Shown here: positions 49,930-61,895 of the stretch, piece by piece
How the letters are laid out: every line of letters starts with the position of its first letter
Position numbering within the stretch: position 1 is the stretch's first letter
NCBI GenBank assembly: GCA_038087875.1
Contig: CM075989.1
Location: 10,170,001-10,234,000, forward strand
DNA from: Malacoraja senta
Lineage: Eukaryota
Reading direction: 5' to 3'
Length of the DNA: 64,000 bases
The notes under the pieces: model-generated
Told to the model about the DNA's origin: nothing
The model's database searches: none
What the model saw: only the letters and a program-made list of their open reading frames with translations
Position numbers and translations under genes: made by a program

Positions 49930-50289
49930 TTACTGGGAGAGGTTGGATGGGCTAGGACTTTTTGCTTGTAGTTTAGGAGGCTGAGGAGTGACCTTGTTGA
50001 GGTGCGTAATATCACGAGGGGCATAGCTAAAATGAAAGCACATAGTCTTTTTCCCAGGATTGAGGATCACAAATTAGAGGGTAAATGTTTAAGATGAGAG
50101 GGGGAAGATTTAAAAGGGACTTGAAGGGCAACTACTTCTTCACGCAAACGGTCACACATATATATGGAACAAGGTGCCAGAGAAAGTGGTTGAGGCAGAT
50201 TCAATGGCTCTATGACTACACTCTATGACGACGACACATTTATATAGCACCGTTAATGTAGCAAGACATTCCCAAGATGCTTAATAGGA

Positions 50290-50645
50290 GACAGACGCAA
50301 AAAGCTGGAGTAATTCAGCAGGTCAACCGGCATCTCTGGAGAAAAGGAATAGGTGACATTTCAGGGCGAGACCCTTCTTCAGACTGAGAGTCGGGGGAAA
50401 GGGAAACAAGAGAGATAGGACAAAGGAATGAAGATATACAAAAAGCAACGATGATCAAGGAAAGGTGGAGCCATTCATTTGTCCTATATCTCTCGTTTCC
50501 TTTTCCCCTGACTCTCATTCTGAAGAAGGGTCTCGACCTGAAACGTCATCTTTTTCTTTTCTCCAGAGATGCTGCCTGACCCACTGAGTCACTCCAGCTT
50601 TTTGTTTCTGTCTTCGCTTTAAACCAGCATCTGCAGTTCCTCCCC
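50290..50645. mobile_element. Penelope-terminus fold-back element with long arms
   Basis: Arms of about 140 bp: AAAAGCTGGAGT..CCCTTCTTCAGACTGAGAGTCGGGGGAAAGGGAAACAAGAGA / TCTCGTTTCCTTTTCCCCTGACTCTCATTCTGAAGAAGGG..ACTCCAGCTTTT. Confidence 0.85.
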
Positions 50646-51103
50646 TCGCATGCTTAATAAGAGTATTGTTTAATAGACCAAAAGTATAAACAAGGAAGAT
50701 CAAATTTTGTTCAAAGAGGTCAGTTTTAAGATGTAGATGTATCTTCTGTGCCTTCTCTGGCCTATAAGTGACTCCAGATCCGCTATTAACCCGTCTTTGA
50801 AATGCACCAGCAACGTGTTCTATGCAGAAGGTGGTGGATGCCTGAACCATATTGCCAGTGGTGCTGGTGGTGAAGGCAAATACAATAGTGGCATCTAGAG
50901 GTTTTTATATAGGAGCATAGATATGCAAAGAATGGAGGATATGAATCATATATATGCAGGCAGAGGGGATTAGTTCAACATCATGTTCAGCATGGACATT
51001 GTGGGCCGAAGGGCCTGTTCCTGTGCTGTATTTTTCTGTTCTATATTTTTTGATCCATCCAGTTGTTGGGGGAAATTAGAAATGGACAATAGATGTTGAC
51101 CTT

Positions 51104-51310
51104 GAGAGAGAGAGAGACGGAGAGAGAGAGAGAGAGAGAGAGAGACAAGGAGACGGAGACGGAGACGGAGAGGGAAAGAGAGAGTGAGAGAGAGACGGGT
51201 AGATACATTGAAAGACAGGATGAGAAGTATTGCGAGAGAGATATAAAGAGACAGACAAAGAAGGGAAGAAAGAAAAGCCGTGAAAGGGAGAAAAGGTGAA
51301 CAAAAGAGAA
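51104..51310. repeat. (GA)n/(GGAGAC)n purine-rich simple repeat
   Basis: Directly visible. Confidence 0.9.
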
Positions 51311-52949
51311 AGAATGAGAAGGCGTGAGGGAACGAGTGCCTTGCATGCTTAGCAGCGGGAAAGATCAGGGTTACACTCTTTTGGAATGATTTTTGAGGAT
51401 CAATTTTCCTTAAAATAATTGGCCTTCAACAAACATTTTGTTAAGTGAAACTCCATGTGTAATTCCACAGCAATATCACATCTGGCTCCCTTTACCTTTT
51501 CTTTGGAGGTTTGTTATAAATCTTAGCCAAAGACAAAGCCAATATATTTAAACTTACGGGAAAGGATTAATGGCTACCATGCCCACTTACCCACAAGCCC
51601 TTGGGGAGGGTTTGTGTTAGTCTTGGGGATTTTGTGGTAAATCAAATTAAAATATATAGGATTGAGAAGGTTTACCTTCTCCTCCCCTTTCCGGGAGAAG
51701 TTGGATCAGAGTCGCTCGGACAGTCACATTACCAAAGCTCCAGGATCGCCCTGAAGTGCCTTTGAACTGTTGTGATCTTCTGGGCACCGCATAAAAACCT
51801 ACAAGAAAAGTCAATCGAACATTAATAATAGTTTGTTGTGAACAATTTCGTTCAGCAATACGACAGTGCCCAGCAAAGATTCCAGGTTGTAACTGGAGGT
51901 TTGCCTCCCCTAAAAAAAAAAAAGCTGGCGGTGAGTTGTCAGATTTTAGGATATTGCAAGATAGGTGAAGGAATGGTTTGACCTTGTTGGGGTGGGGGAG
52001 TAATGGTAGTGGAGATTTGGGGCATGGGAATATATAACCTTAAATTCAGAGATAAATCATGAAGCATTTCCTCCAGCAAACATCATTGTCACTGAAAGCA
52101 GATCATTTAATCCTTTTAAATCTGCAGTTAAACTAGACGCCTCCAAATGATTTATTTCCTCCTTTACACCTCTCTAATCTCTCTACATTATATCTATGCC
52201 GCCTCTCGTTATCGTCTTCTCTGCTGAAGGAAACAGGTATTCCTTCCTCACGCTTGCTGGTTGCTGGATTATCTCATATCCCTTCTTTGAATCTCACCTC
52301 TGTTCTGAAGGCGACAAGCTCACCATAGACAATATCGCCTCCTGCCTCGACTTCTCTATCCCAGGGACATACAGGACTGCTCTGATAAAGCTACAGCCAG
52401 ACTCAAACCCAACCTGACCCCCAAGGGATTTGCAATAGAGCAAAAACAAAGATGAGGTGCTTGATTCCTACCATGGAGCGATTGTCCAATGTGGCAAGTT
52501 TGGCCGATTGCCTCCAGAGGTGGAAAGAAATGAGAGGTGATCGCATGGAAATGAACAAAATTCTGAATGGGTTTGGCAAGGTAAGATGTGGTGATGATGA
52601 TGTCCCTTGTTGGAGTATCTGGAGTTAGGGATTACATTCGCCAGATAAGGGGTGAGCCATTCATAAGGTCTTAAGGTCATAAGGACTGGGAGTAGAATTA
52701 GGCCATTCAGGAGAGAGATGAGGGGAAATATCTTTACTTGTTGCCTCGTGAATCTTTCAAACTTCTTCCTAAGAGATCTATCAAGGCACAGTCACTAAGT
52801 GTGTTTGAGATACAGATCAATAGTTTTAGAGGCCTGTTATGCTGCAGCAAGTAAAAAGTTAATCGTTCTATTGTCTGTGTATATGAAGTTTAAACACTCT
52901 TGACTTTACTCTTGACTTTCTGGATGTGGGTTATTCTTCTCACCATAGA

Positions 52950-53330
52950 AATTGCAAAAAAACACAAGGTGCTGGAGTAACTCAGCAGGATAGGCAGCAT
53001 CTCTGGAGAACATGGATAGGTGGCGTCTCAGGTCAGGATCCTTCTTCAAATTGATTGTGAGGGGGGTGGAGGTGGGAAGAAAGCTGAAAGAGAGCAGGGG
53101 TAGGTTGGACAAAGTTGGGCAGGTAATAGGTTGATACAGGTGTGTGTGAGGGGGGGGGTGTTTATATAGGCAGATAGTAGACAAAGATAGAAATTGTGAG
53201 ACAAAAAGACTGAAGAGCCACAAATTGTGAAGCTAGAGGAAGGAATTAGGTGGAATGGGAGGGGGGGGGGAGAAATAGGTGCGAGTCCAGGTGGGGCACA
53301 CAGAACGGGGAGGAGGGGTAGGGGAGGTTT
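52950..53330 (-). mobile_element. Penelope-like element terminal repeat and 3' region
   Basis: GTGCTGGAGTAACTCAGC..CAGCATCTCTGGAGAACATGGATAGGTG..CCTTCTTCA followed by purine-rich body. Confidence 0.7.
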
Positions 53331-53409
53331 GGGGAAGAAGAGAGAGGGGGCAAATCTTGACTCAGTGGGTGGATTTGTTGCCTTTTGGTTGAGATCCCTC
53401 GAGTAAAAC

Positions 53410-53872
53410 ATACAGGAGGATGCTGCACTGACAGAATGCTGTCTTTGGTTGGTGAGGACAAACAAAGGCTTTGTGTGTCCTCGGGCAGCCTTTAAAGATT
53501 CAGCTGCTCTGTTTTGAAGAAGAGCAGGAGAAATCTACCTGATTCCCTGGTCAATCTTTATCCTTCAGTGAGTATCCCAGTAACAGGTTATCAGGGCCAT
53601 TACACTGCCTGTTGAGGGGCCACCTTTGCTCCCTCTGAGGGATATAAAAGATCACGTGATCCGAGGTTGGTAAGAGCTGAAGAGATGTCCTTGCCGTTGT
53701 GATAAGACTTGTATTCCTCAGCAACATCACTAAATGAGATTAACGGATCATTTATCGCTGTGTTGCTATTTGTGGAGCCCTGCTGTGTGCGAAAATGACT
53801 TCTACGCTTGCATAGAAACAGCAATGAAAGATGTCAAATGTAACTCATTAGACACAAAGTGCTTTGGATTAG
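53410..53872 (+). mobile_element. Deu-domain SINE (SacSINE1-like), two partial segments
   Basis: TGCTGCACTG..TTTGAAGAAGAGCAGG..GGTCAATCTTTATCC; CAACATCACTAAA..TGTTGCTATTTGTGG..AAAGTGCTTTGG. Confidence 0.6.
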
Positions 53873-53990
53873 GTAACATATAAACGTGTATCTCTTCCAC
53901 TGTAAATTGAACTGTTACAGGAAAATGCACATTGCAGCAATTGAAACGATGGGGACACTTTCGCTGTTCGCCTGCTTCAACTATTCTTTC

Positions 53991-54320
53991 AGGCAGCACA
54001 ATGGCGCAGCTTGTAGAGCCACTGCCCTAGAGTTCCAGAGACCTAGGTTCGATCCTGACCTCAGGCGCTGTGTTTGTGGAACTGCATGGGTTTCCTCCGG
54101 ATGCTCTGGTTAATTGAGTGCTGTAAATTTAATCTCGGATGTATATGAGCGGCAGAATCTGGAAAGATTTGATGGGAATGTGGGGGAATTAAATGGGTGT
54201 TAGTAGGATTAGTGTTAAAAAAAAATGGATGGTTGATGGCCAGTACAGAGTCAGTGGGCCAAAGGATCTATGTTTTAGCTGTGTCTCTCCGGGACGCTTT
54301 GACTCTTTTGACTCCATGAC
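53991..54320 (+). mobile_element. V-SINE, older variant
   Basis: GGCAGCACAATGGCGCAGC A box, GGTTCGATCC B box. Confidence 0.7.
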
Positions 54321-54349
54321 AATTCTTTAAGATGTTAAGATGCTGCAAT

Positions 54350-55120
54350 ATGGAATGGAATGGAATGGAATGGAATGCTATTTATTGTCATTCAAACCTA
54401 GGTTTGAACGAAATTTCATTTACTACAGTTTTTTACATTACAAAAAAACCCAAGACCCACACTTAACACAGTTTACATAAACATCCATCACAGTGAGTCT
54501 CCAACACCTCCTCACTGTGATGGATGGCAAAGTCTTATCTCTTCCCTTTGTTCTTCACCCGCAGTCCAGCAGTCCAACTGCAGCGTCTAGGCGAACTGGG
54601 GCTCCGATGTTAAAGCCCCCGGCGGACGATGGTAAGTCCTGTGTCCATTTAGCCACGCCGGGCGATGTTAGGCCCCGGCTCCGTGTCCTTTAAACCCCGC
54701 GGTTCAAGCGGGAGAAGTTGCCGTTGCGGGAGCTCCGAAAAGCCGTCTAGCACCAGGGACCTGGAGCTCCCGAAATTCCAGTCCACCGGGTCTGCAGCCG
54801 GAGCTTCCGAAACTCCAAAGTCGGGTCGCAGCCGAGCGCCACCACAGCTCTCCCCGCTCCAAAGCCGGCCAGCTCCGCGATGTCAGGTCCGCAGGCTCCG
54901 CGACTGGAGCCCTCAGGTTGGTCCTGGCCGGAGGCCGCCGCCGGCTCCACGATGTTAGGCCCAACGACATCGGAGACCCGACAGGGAAAAAGTCGGGTCC
55001 CCGTACAGGGAAGAGACTAACGGTTTCCCCCACATCTCCCCCTCCACCCCCCACGTATACTCAGCTAAAAAATAATAAAAACTAAGCTCAAGACATACAT
55101 TTAACAAGACAAAAATAAGT
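54350..55120 (-). mobile_element. Non-autonomous GC-rich retroposon with Rex/Babar-type tail
   Basis: (TGGAA)n tail, TTTATTGTCATT, perfect 16-bp hairpin 54482-54526, body homologous to 46482-47249. Confidence 0.85.
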
Positions 55121-55301
55121 ATCATAGCTTCTTTTGGAGTGTGTGGAGAAAAACGAGAAAGGATGGACTTTTACTCTTAAAGTTTATGAATAAACTTGAG
55201 GCAGGAAATTCTCCTTGAGATGGTGCCTCATAAGCCATTCCTAGACATTGATAACACTGAATAATACACTGTAAGCGAACCGCTTCAAAGTGAAAGTGAT
55301 G

Positions 55302-55610
55302 GGACAGCAGGGGTAGAGTTGCTGCCTTACAGCGCCAGAGACCCGCGTCTGATTCCGACTACGGGTGCTGACTGTATGGAGTTTGTACGTTCTCCCTGTG
55401 ATCTTGTGGGTTTTCTCCAGGTGCTCCGGTTTCCTGCTACACTTCAAAGATGTAGAAGTTTGCAGGTTAATTGACTTCTGTTCATTGTAAATTGTCCCAT
55501 GTGTGTGTAGGAGAGTGCTAGTGTATGGGGCCATCACTGGTCGGCGTGGACTCGGTGGGCAGAATGTACTGTATCCACACTGTATCTTTAAAATCTTAAT
55601 GTCTAAACGT
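55302..55610 (+). mobile_element. HE1-type V-SINE
   Basis: GGTAGAGTTGCTGCCTTACAGCGCCAGAGACCC..GGAGTTTGTACGTTCTCCC. Confidence 0.85.
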
Positions 55611-55720
55611 CTCCAAAAGGTATTGATTAATCGTACAGTTATCCTGCAAATTGCCACCTGCATTGGGAAACCAATTTACTCTTTTATCTCATAAGATCAT
55701 TGATCAAATTTGGAGACTAA

Positions 55721-56415
55721 AGCCTCTATCCCACTTACGAGTCTTTGGCACGCTAATTACGCGACCTCGTGGTCGCGTTGAGGCGCGACGGTCCCGCGAA
55801 TGTCGCGTGCGATTTCATACGCCCGCACAGCCGTCTGGAACACGTGACGTCATTTGAAGATGGACACAAAATGTAGGAGTAACTCACCGGGACCGGCAGC
55901 ATCTCTGGAGAGAAGGAATGGGTGACGTTTTGTGTCGAGACTCTTCTTCAGTCTGAAAGAAAGGTCTTGACCCGAAACGTCATCCATTGCTTCTCTCCAG
56001 AGATGCTGCCGGTCCCGCTGAGTTACTCCAGCATTTTGTGCCTATCTTCAATTTTCTTGGCCCCGCTCTGGGAGTAGAAGTGGGGGCGGATCCGGACCGC
56101 AACGGCCGTGAGCCCCAGGCCGAGCTCGGCGATCGTTTGCCTGCTTCTGCTGCTGTTGGAGGTGAGACGTTGCGTCGCGCCAGGTTCTTGGGCCTGTCCC
56201 ACTTTGGCCGTCAGTTACGCGACAGGCCGTTGGCGCACGAAGATTTAGTTCACTACAAAATTTCGGAGCCCCGCGCAATGTCACGCACAACTACATACCC
56301 CTCCGCGATTCTCAGTGGGACCGGCCCCGCGCGGCCACACGATGCCCGTGCGCCTCAACGCGACGACGAGGTTGCGTAATTTGCGTACCAAGGACACATA
56401 AGTGGGACAGGCCCT
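55721..56415. mobile_element. Composite PIF/Harbinger-like element carrying a Penelope palindrome and CpG-rich cargo
   Basis: Long imperfect TIRs (..CCCACTTA..TAATTACGCGACCTCGTGGTCGCGTTGAGGCGC / GCGCCTCAACGCGACGACGAGGTTGCGTAAT..TAAGTGGGACAGGCCCT); internal TIR GGGCCTGTCCCACTT at ~56190. Confidence 0.8.
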
Positions 56416-56529
56416 TTAGTTCCTGCTGTGCACTGCTGAGGGAGTTGTCTTTCAGAAGGTGTTGTCTTTCAGAGGTGTTGTCTTTCAGATGCGACACTAA
56501 AGCAATGGCCCCCTGTCCGCTATAAGGTA

Positions 56530-57390
56530 AAGGAACCATTAGGAGGCAGTGACCGTAATATGATAAGTTTTAATCTGCAATTTGAGAGGGAGACGGTAAA
56601 ATCAGTAGTGTCACTATTGCAGTTGGACAAAGGGGACTATGGGGGCATGAGGGAGGAGCTGGCCAAATTTGACTGGGAAGGGACCGTAGCAGGGATGACG
56701 GTGGAACAGCAATGGTAGGAATTTCTGGGAATAATCCAGAAGATGCAGGATCATTTCATTCCAAAGAGGAGGAAAGATTCAAAGGGGAGTAAGAGGCAAC
56801 CGTGGCTGACAAGGGAAGTCAAGGAGAGTATAAAACTAAAAGAGAAGATGTATAACATAACAAAGATGAGCGGGAAGCCAGAGGATTGGGAAACTTTTAA
56901 AGAACAACAGAAGGTGACTAAAAAAAGGCAATATGGGGAGAAAAGATGAAGTAAGAAGGTAAGCTAGCCAAGAATATAAAGGAGGATAGTAAAAGCTTCT
57001 TTAGGTATGTGAAAAGGAAAAGATTCGTTAAGACAAATGTAGGTCCCATAAAGACAGAAACAGGTGATATTATTATGAGGAACAAGGAAATGGCAGACGA
57101 GTTGAACAGGTACTTTGGTTCAGTCTTCACTAAGGAAGACACAAACAATCTCCCAGATGTACTAGGAGACAGAGGCTCTCGGGTGACGGAGAAACTGAAG
57201 GAAATTTACATTAGTCAGGAAATGGTGTTAGGTAGACTAATGGAAGTGGAGGGTGATAAATCCCCAGGGCCTGGTGGTCTGCATCCCAGGGCACTTAAGG
57301 GAGTGGCTCTAGAAATCATGGATGCATTGGTGATCATTTTCCAATGTTCTACAGATACTGGATCAGTTCCTGTGGATTGGAGGGTAGCTC
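56530..57390 (+). mobile_element. CR1/HER1 LINE internal ORF2 fragment
   Basis: EPLGGSD, QPWLTREVKE, KRKRFVKTNVGP, KSPGPGGLHPRALK. Confidence 0.9.
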
Positions 57391-57739
57391 ATCCAGTATC
57401 TGTAGAACATTGGAAAATGATCACCAATTCATCCATGACTCTATCCAGCTCAGAGCCCGGACCCAGTATTGAGAATGCTATTTGGTCTACGATCAAACAC
57501 CCATAGAACCTATTGAAAAAAACAATGAAACAGCATTAGATAAGACCAGGAAAGAGCACATGAATTGGGGATAGGAGTCATCCAACGGTCCCATTAAGCC
57601 TGCTCCACCATTCAGCAAGAACATGGCTGACTTCCCACCTTGCACTACCTTCACTGTCCTCATGCCCGTCCATTACTCTAATATTCAAGAATCGACTCCA
57701 CTTTGAATGCGATCAGTGACTGACCCCTCCATGGATCAT

Positions 57740-58240
57740 GATCATGGAAACTTTATTGTCATTCAGACCTTTCGGTCTGAATGAAATTTTGTTGCCTTGC
57801 AGTCATACATATAATAAAATAACAAAACACACAATAAACACAAATTTAACATCCGCCACAGTGAGTTCACCGGACACCTCCTCACTGTGATGGAAGGCAA
57901 AAATCTTAAGTCTTTGTCTCTTCCCTCCTTGTTCTCCCTCTGCGCGAAGGCGATCCAGGCCTCCGATATTGTGACCCCCACCGGGTGATGGTAAGTAAGT
58001 CCCGCGGCCCAACCGTGCTCTGCGAACGGGCTGGTTCAATCTCCGCGGCCCGGGGTAGTCGAAGCTGCCGCCCTCCAGTCCATCGGACGAAGCTGTTGCC
58101 GCGGGAGCTCTGGAAAAACAGGTCAGCAACATGTGACCTGCGAGCTCCCGACGTTGTCGTCTACTGGGCCTGCGGCCGAACCTCCAAAGTCAGGTCGCCG
58201 CCGCCGTAACACCACCTCAGCCCCGAGTCGGGTCGCCGCC
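57740..58240 (-). mobile_element. Non-autonomous GC-rich retroposon with Rex/Babar-type tail, 5'-truncated
   Basis: CTTTATTGTCATTCAGACC..; CACAGTGAG..CTCACTGTGATGGAAGGC hairpin; lies inside an old CR1 fragment (~57545-58590). Confidence 0.8.
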
Positions 58241-58887
58241 AGGGTAGAGAATTAAAAAAATTAAGTACCTGTACCACTCGAATGAAGAGATTTCTCCCCA
58301 TTTCAATCTCAAATAGCCTGCAATTATTCCGAGACTCTTATTCCGAGACTCTTATTCTGACTCCCGGCTCTTGACTCCTTAGCCAAGAGAAACATTCTCC
58401 AGGTGCCCTGAAAGTATTTTATCACTTTCAATGAGCTTACTTCTTGTTCTTCTAAACTCTAGGGATTGCAGGCCCTGTCTACTCAAGTGCACCACACAGC
58501 AAACCTGCCATCGTAGTAAACACTCTGCAGAATCGTCTTTGCACTCTCTCGGTGACAGGTACATCCTTCTTTAGTGAAGAGACCAAACCAAGTCTGAATC
58601 AAATCAAATCTGAAAAAGGGTCTCAACCCAAAACGTCAGCCATTCCTTCTCTCCAGAGATGCCGCTGAGTTACTCCAGCATTTTGTGTCTATCTTGGACC
58701 AAACCATAATCCAGGTCAAGTCTCATCTGAGTGCAGCGGTGCGTAAGTGCAGAAGGAATCTTGATTCCTGCACACAAATCCTCTCATAATAAGGGGTTGC
58801 CAACTGTTTGTTGCACTTGCAGGTTAGTGTTCAGTGGGTTGTTCACAAGAACAGCCATCTGTACAGCCACTTTTCCCAATCTATCAT

Positions 58888-59204
58888 CGGCACAGTGGTG
58901 CAGCTGGTAGAGTTGCTGCCTCACAGAACCAGAGACCGAGTTCCATCCTGACCTCGGATGCTGTCTGTATGGAGTTTGTTCGTTCTCCCTGTGACCACGT
59001 GGGTTTCCTCCGAGTGCTCCGTTTTTTCCCCACATCCCAAAGAAGCGTGAGTTTGTGGGTTAATTGGCCTCTGTAATCCCCCTGGTATGTAAGGAGTGAA
59101 TGCGAAAGTGGAATAACATGGAACTAGTGCGGACGGGTAATTGATGGTCAGCATGGACTCAGTGGGCTGAAGGGCCTGTTTCTATGCCTTATCTCTGAAC
59201 TAAA
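58888..59204 (+). mobile_element. V-SINE
   Basis: GGCACAGTGGTGCAGCTGGTAGAGTTGCTGCC head through GGGCTGAAGGGCCTGTTTC end. Confidence 0.85.
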
Positions 59205-59855
59205 CAGGACTCTTAGAGAGATACTCTGCTTTTCCATTCTGCGGACCCAAGTGGACAATCTCACGTTTTCCCAATCCATAGTCATTATTTTCACCCACTT
59301 ACTTAGCATATATCTATCCCCATGAAGCCTCTTTATATCCTGCTCCATACTCACAGTTCCGACCAGTTTAGTACCATCAAGAAACTTGATGACACTTGGT
59401 CCCCTCAGTCAATTCATTGATATGGATTGTGAATAGCTGGGGCACAGGAACCGACCACTGCAATATCTCCCTATGGTCACATTATCCAACGTAAGACAGG
59501 CCTTATTCTCCCATCTTTTCGTTTTGCTAAGCAAATCATGCCATTACATTCCCAAGAAAAAATTGAAAACAATTTTTAAAAGATCATTAATTTAAAACTA
59601 GACTTAACTTATGGGGATTAATTGGGGAGGTATTCAATCATTAAAATAAAGTTTTTTTTTTAAAAGCTTGCCCTCAATTACATGCAAGCATGTACAGGCA
59701 GATGGGATCAGTTTAATGTTTGGCATATACAAGGTGGGTCGAAGGGCCTGTTCCTGTGTCTGTCTTGCATCAAAGTCAGTGATCCCATTCAAACTGGCTG
59801 CTGTGAAGTAGCGAGCTGGATAGAAAGTGCAACTGGCCCTCTCACTCAGTTCATA

Positions 59856-60800
59856 CATATAGATACATAGAAAATAGGTGCAGGAGTAGGCCATTCGGCC
59901 CTTCGAGCCTGCACCGCCATTCAATATGATCATGGCTGATCTTCCAACTCAGTATCCCGTACCTGCCTTCTCTCCATACCCCCTGATCCCTTTAGCCACA
60001 AGGGCCACATCTAACTCCCTCTTAAATATAGCCAATGAACTGGCCTCAACTACCCTCTGTGGCAGAGAGTTCCAGAGATTCACCACTCTCTGTGTGAAAA
60101 AGTTTTTCCTCATCTCGGTCTTAAAGGATTTCCCCCTTATCCTTAAGCTGAGACCCCTTGTCCTGGACTTCCCCAACATCGGGAACAAACTTCCTGCATC
60201 TAGCCTGTCCAACCCCATAAGAATTTTGTACGTTTCTATAAGATCCCCTCTCAATCTCCTAAATTCTAGCGAGTATAAGCCAAGTCTATCCAGTCTTTCT
60301 TCATATGAAAGTCCTGACATCCCAGGAATCAGTCTGGTGAACCTTCTCTGCACTCCCTCTATGGCTATAATGTCCTTCCTCAGATTTGGAGACCAAAACT
60401 GTACGCAATACTCCAGGTGTGGTCTCACCAAGACCCTGTACAACTGCAGAAGAACCTCCCTGCTCCTATACTCAAATCCTCTTGCTATGAAGGCCAACAT
60501 ACCATTCGCTTTCTTCACTGCCTGCTGCACCTGCATGCCTACTTTCAATGACTGGTGTACCACGACACCCAGGTCTCGCTGCACCTCCCCATTTCCTAAT
60601 CGGCCACCATTTAGATAATATTCTGCCTTCCCGTTTTTGCCACCAAAGTGGATAACCTCACATTTATCCACATTATACTGCATCTGCCAAACATTTGCCC
60701 ACTCACCCAGCCTATCCAAGTCACCTTGCAGTCTCCTAGCATCCTCCTCACAGCTAACACTGCCCCCCAGCTTAGTGTCATCCACAAACTTGGAGATGTT
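59856..60800 (-). mobile_element. CR1/HER1 LINE 3' part, young (frame intact to stop)
   Basis: ORF 59949-60827: [50 protein letters not shown], then 3' UTR. Confidence 0.95.
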
Positions 60801-60819
60801 GGAGACAGAAGGAAACACA

Positions 60820-61895
60820 GCGGGCAATACGGGCTGAAAAGATGAAGTATGAAGGGAAGCTGGCCAGGAATATATAGGACAGTAAAAGCTTCTTTAGATA
60901 TGTTAAGGGGAAAAGAGTAGCAAAGTCAAATGTGGGTCCCTTGAAGGCAGACACGGGTGCAAAGAGTAGGAGTGAACGGGTCCTTTTCAGGATGGCAGGC
61001 AGTGGCGAGTGGAGTGCCGCAAGGCTCGGTGTTGGGGCCGCAACTGTTTACCATATATATTAATGATTTGGAAGAGGGAATTAGGAGCAACACTAGCAAG
61101 TTTGCAGATGACACAAAGCTGGGTGGCAGTGTGAAATGGGAAGAGGATGTTAGGAGGTTGCAGGGTGACCTGGACAGGTTGAGTGAGTGGGCAGATGCGT
61201 GGCAGATGCAGTATAATATAGATAAATGTGAGGTTATCCACTTTGGCAGCAAAAACAAGGGGGCAGATTATTATCTCAATGGGGTTAGGTTAGGTAAGGG
61301 GGAGGTACAGCAGGCAGTGAAGAAAGCTAATGGAATGTTGCCTTCATAACAAGAGGATTTCAGTATAGGAGTAAAGAGGTTCTTCTGCAGTTGTATAGGG
61401 CTCTGGTGAGACCACATCTGGAGTATTGTGTACAGTTTTGGATTTCCTAATTTGAGGAAATTTGTGATTGAGGCAGTGCAGCATAGGTTCACGAGATTGA
61501 TCCCTGGGATGGCGGAATTGTCATATGAGGAAAGATTGAAAAGACTAGGCTTGTATTCACTGGAGTTTAGAAGGATGAGGGGGAATCTTATAGAAACATA
61601 TAAAATTATAAAACGACTGGACAAGCTAGATGCAGGAAAAATGTTCCCAATGTTGGGCGAGTCCAGAACCAGAGGCCACAGTCTTAGAATAAAGGGGAGG
61701 TCATTTAAGACTGAGGTGAGAACAAACTTTTTCACCCAGAGAGTTGTGAATTTATGGAATTCCCTGCCACAGCGGGCAGTGGAGGCCAAATCACTGGATG
61801 GATTTAAGAGAGAGTTAGATAGAGCTCTAGGGGCTAGTGGAGTCAAGGGATATGGGGAGAAGGCAGGCACGGGCCATTGATAGGGGACGATCAGC
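60820..61895 (+). mobile_element. CR1/HER1 LINE fragment with internal deletions
   Basis: SGVPQGSVLGPQLFTIYINDL..FADDTKL; C-terminal ORF 61428-61880; deletion junctions near 60958 and 61310. Confidence 0.92.

Noticed and set aside
56537..56550. CTCF-like CCATTAGGAGGCAG
   Set aside because: Part of CR1 coding sequence (EPLGGSD); no independent support.
59926..61870. 230-aa and 199-aa ORFs antisense to CR1
   Set aside because: Antisense shadows of CR1 ORF2 with no independent homology.
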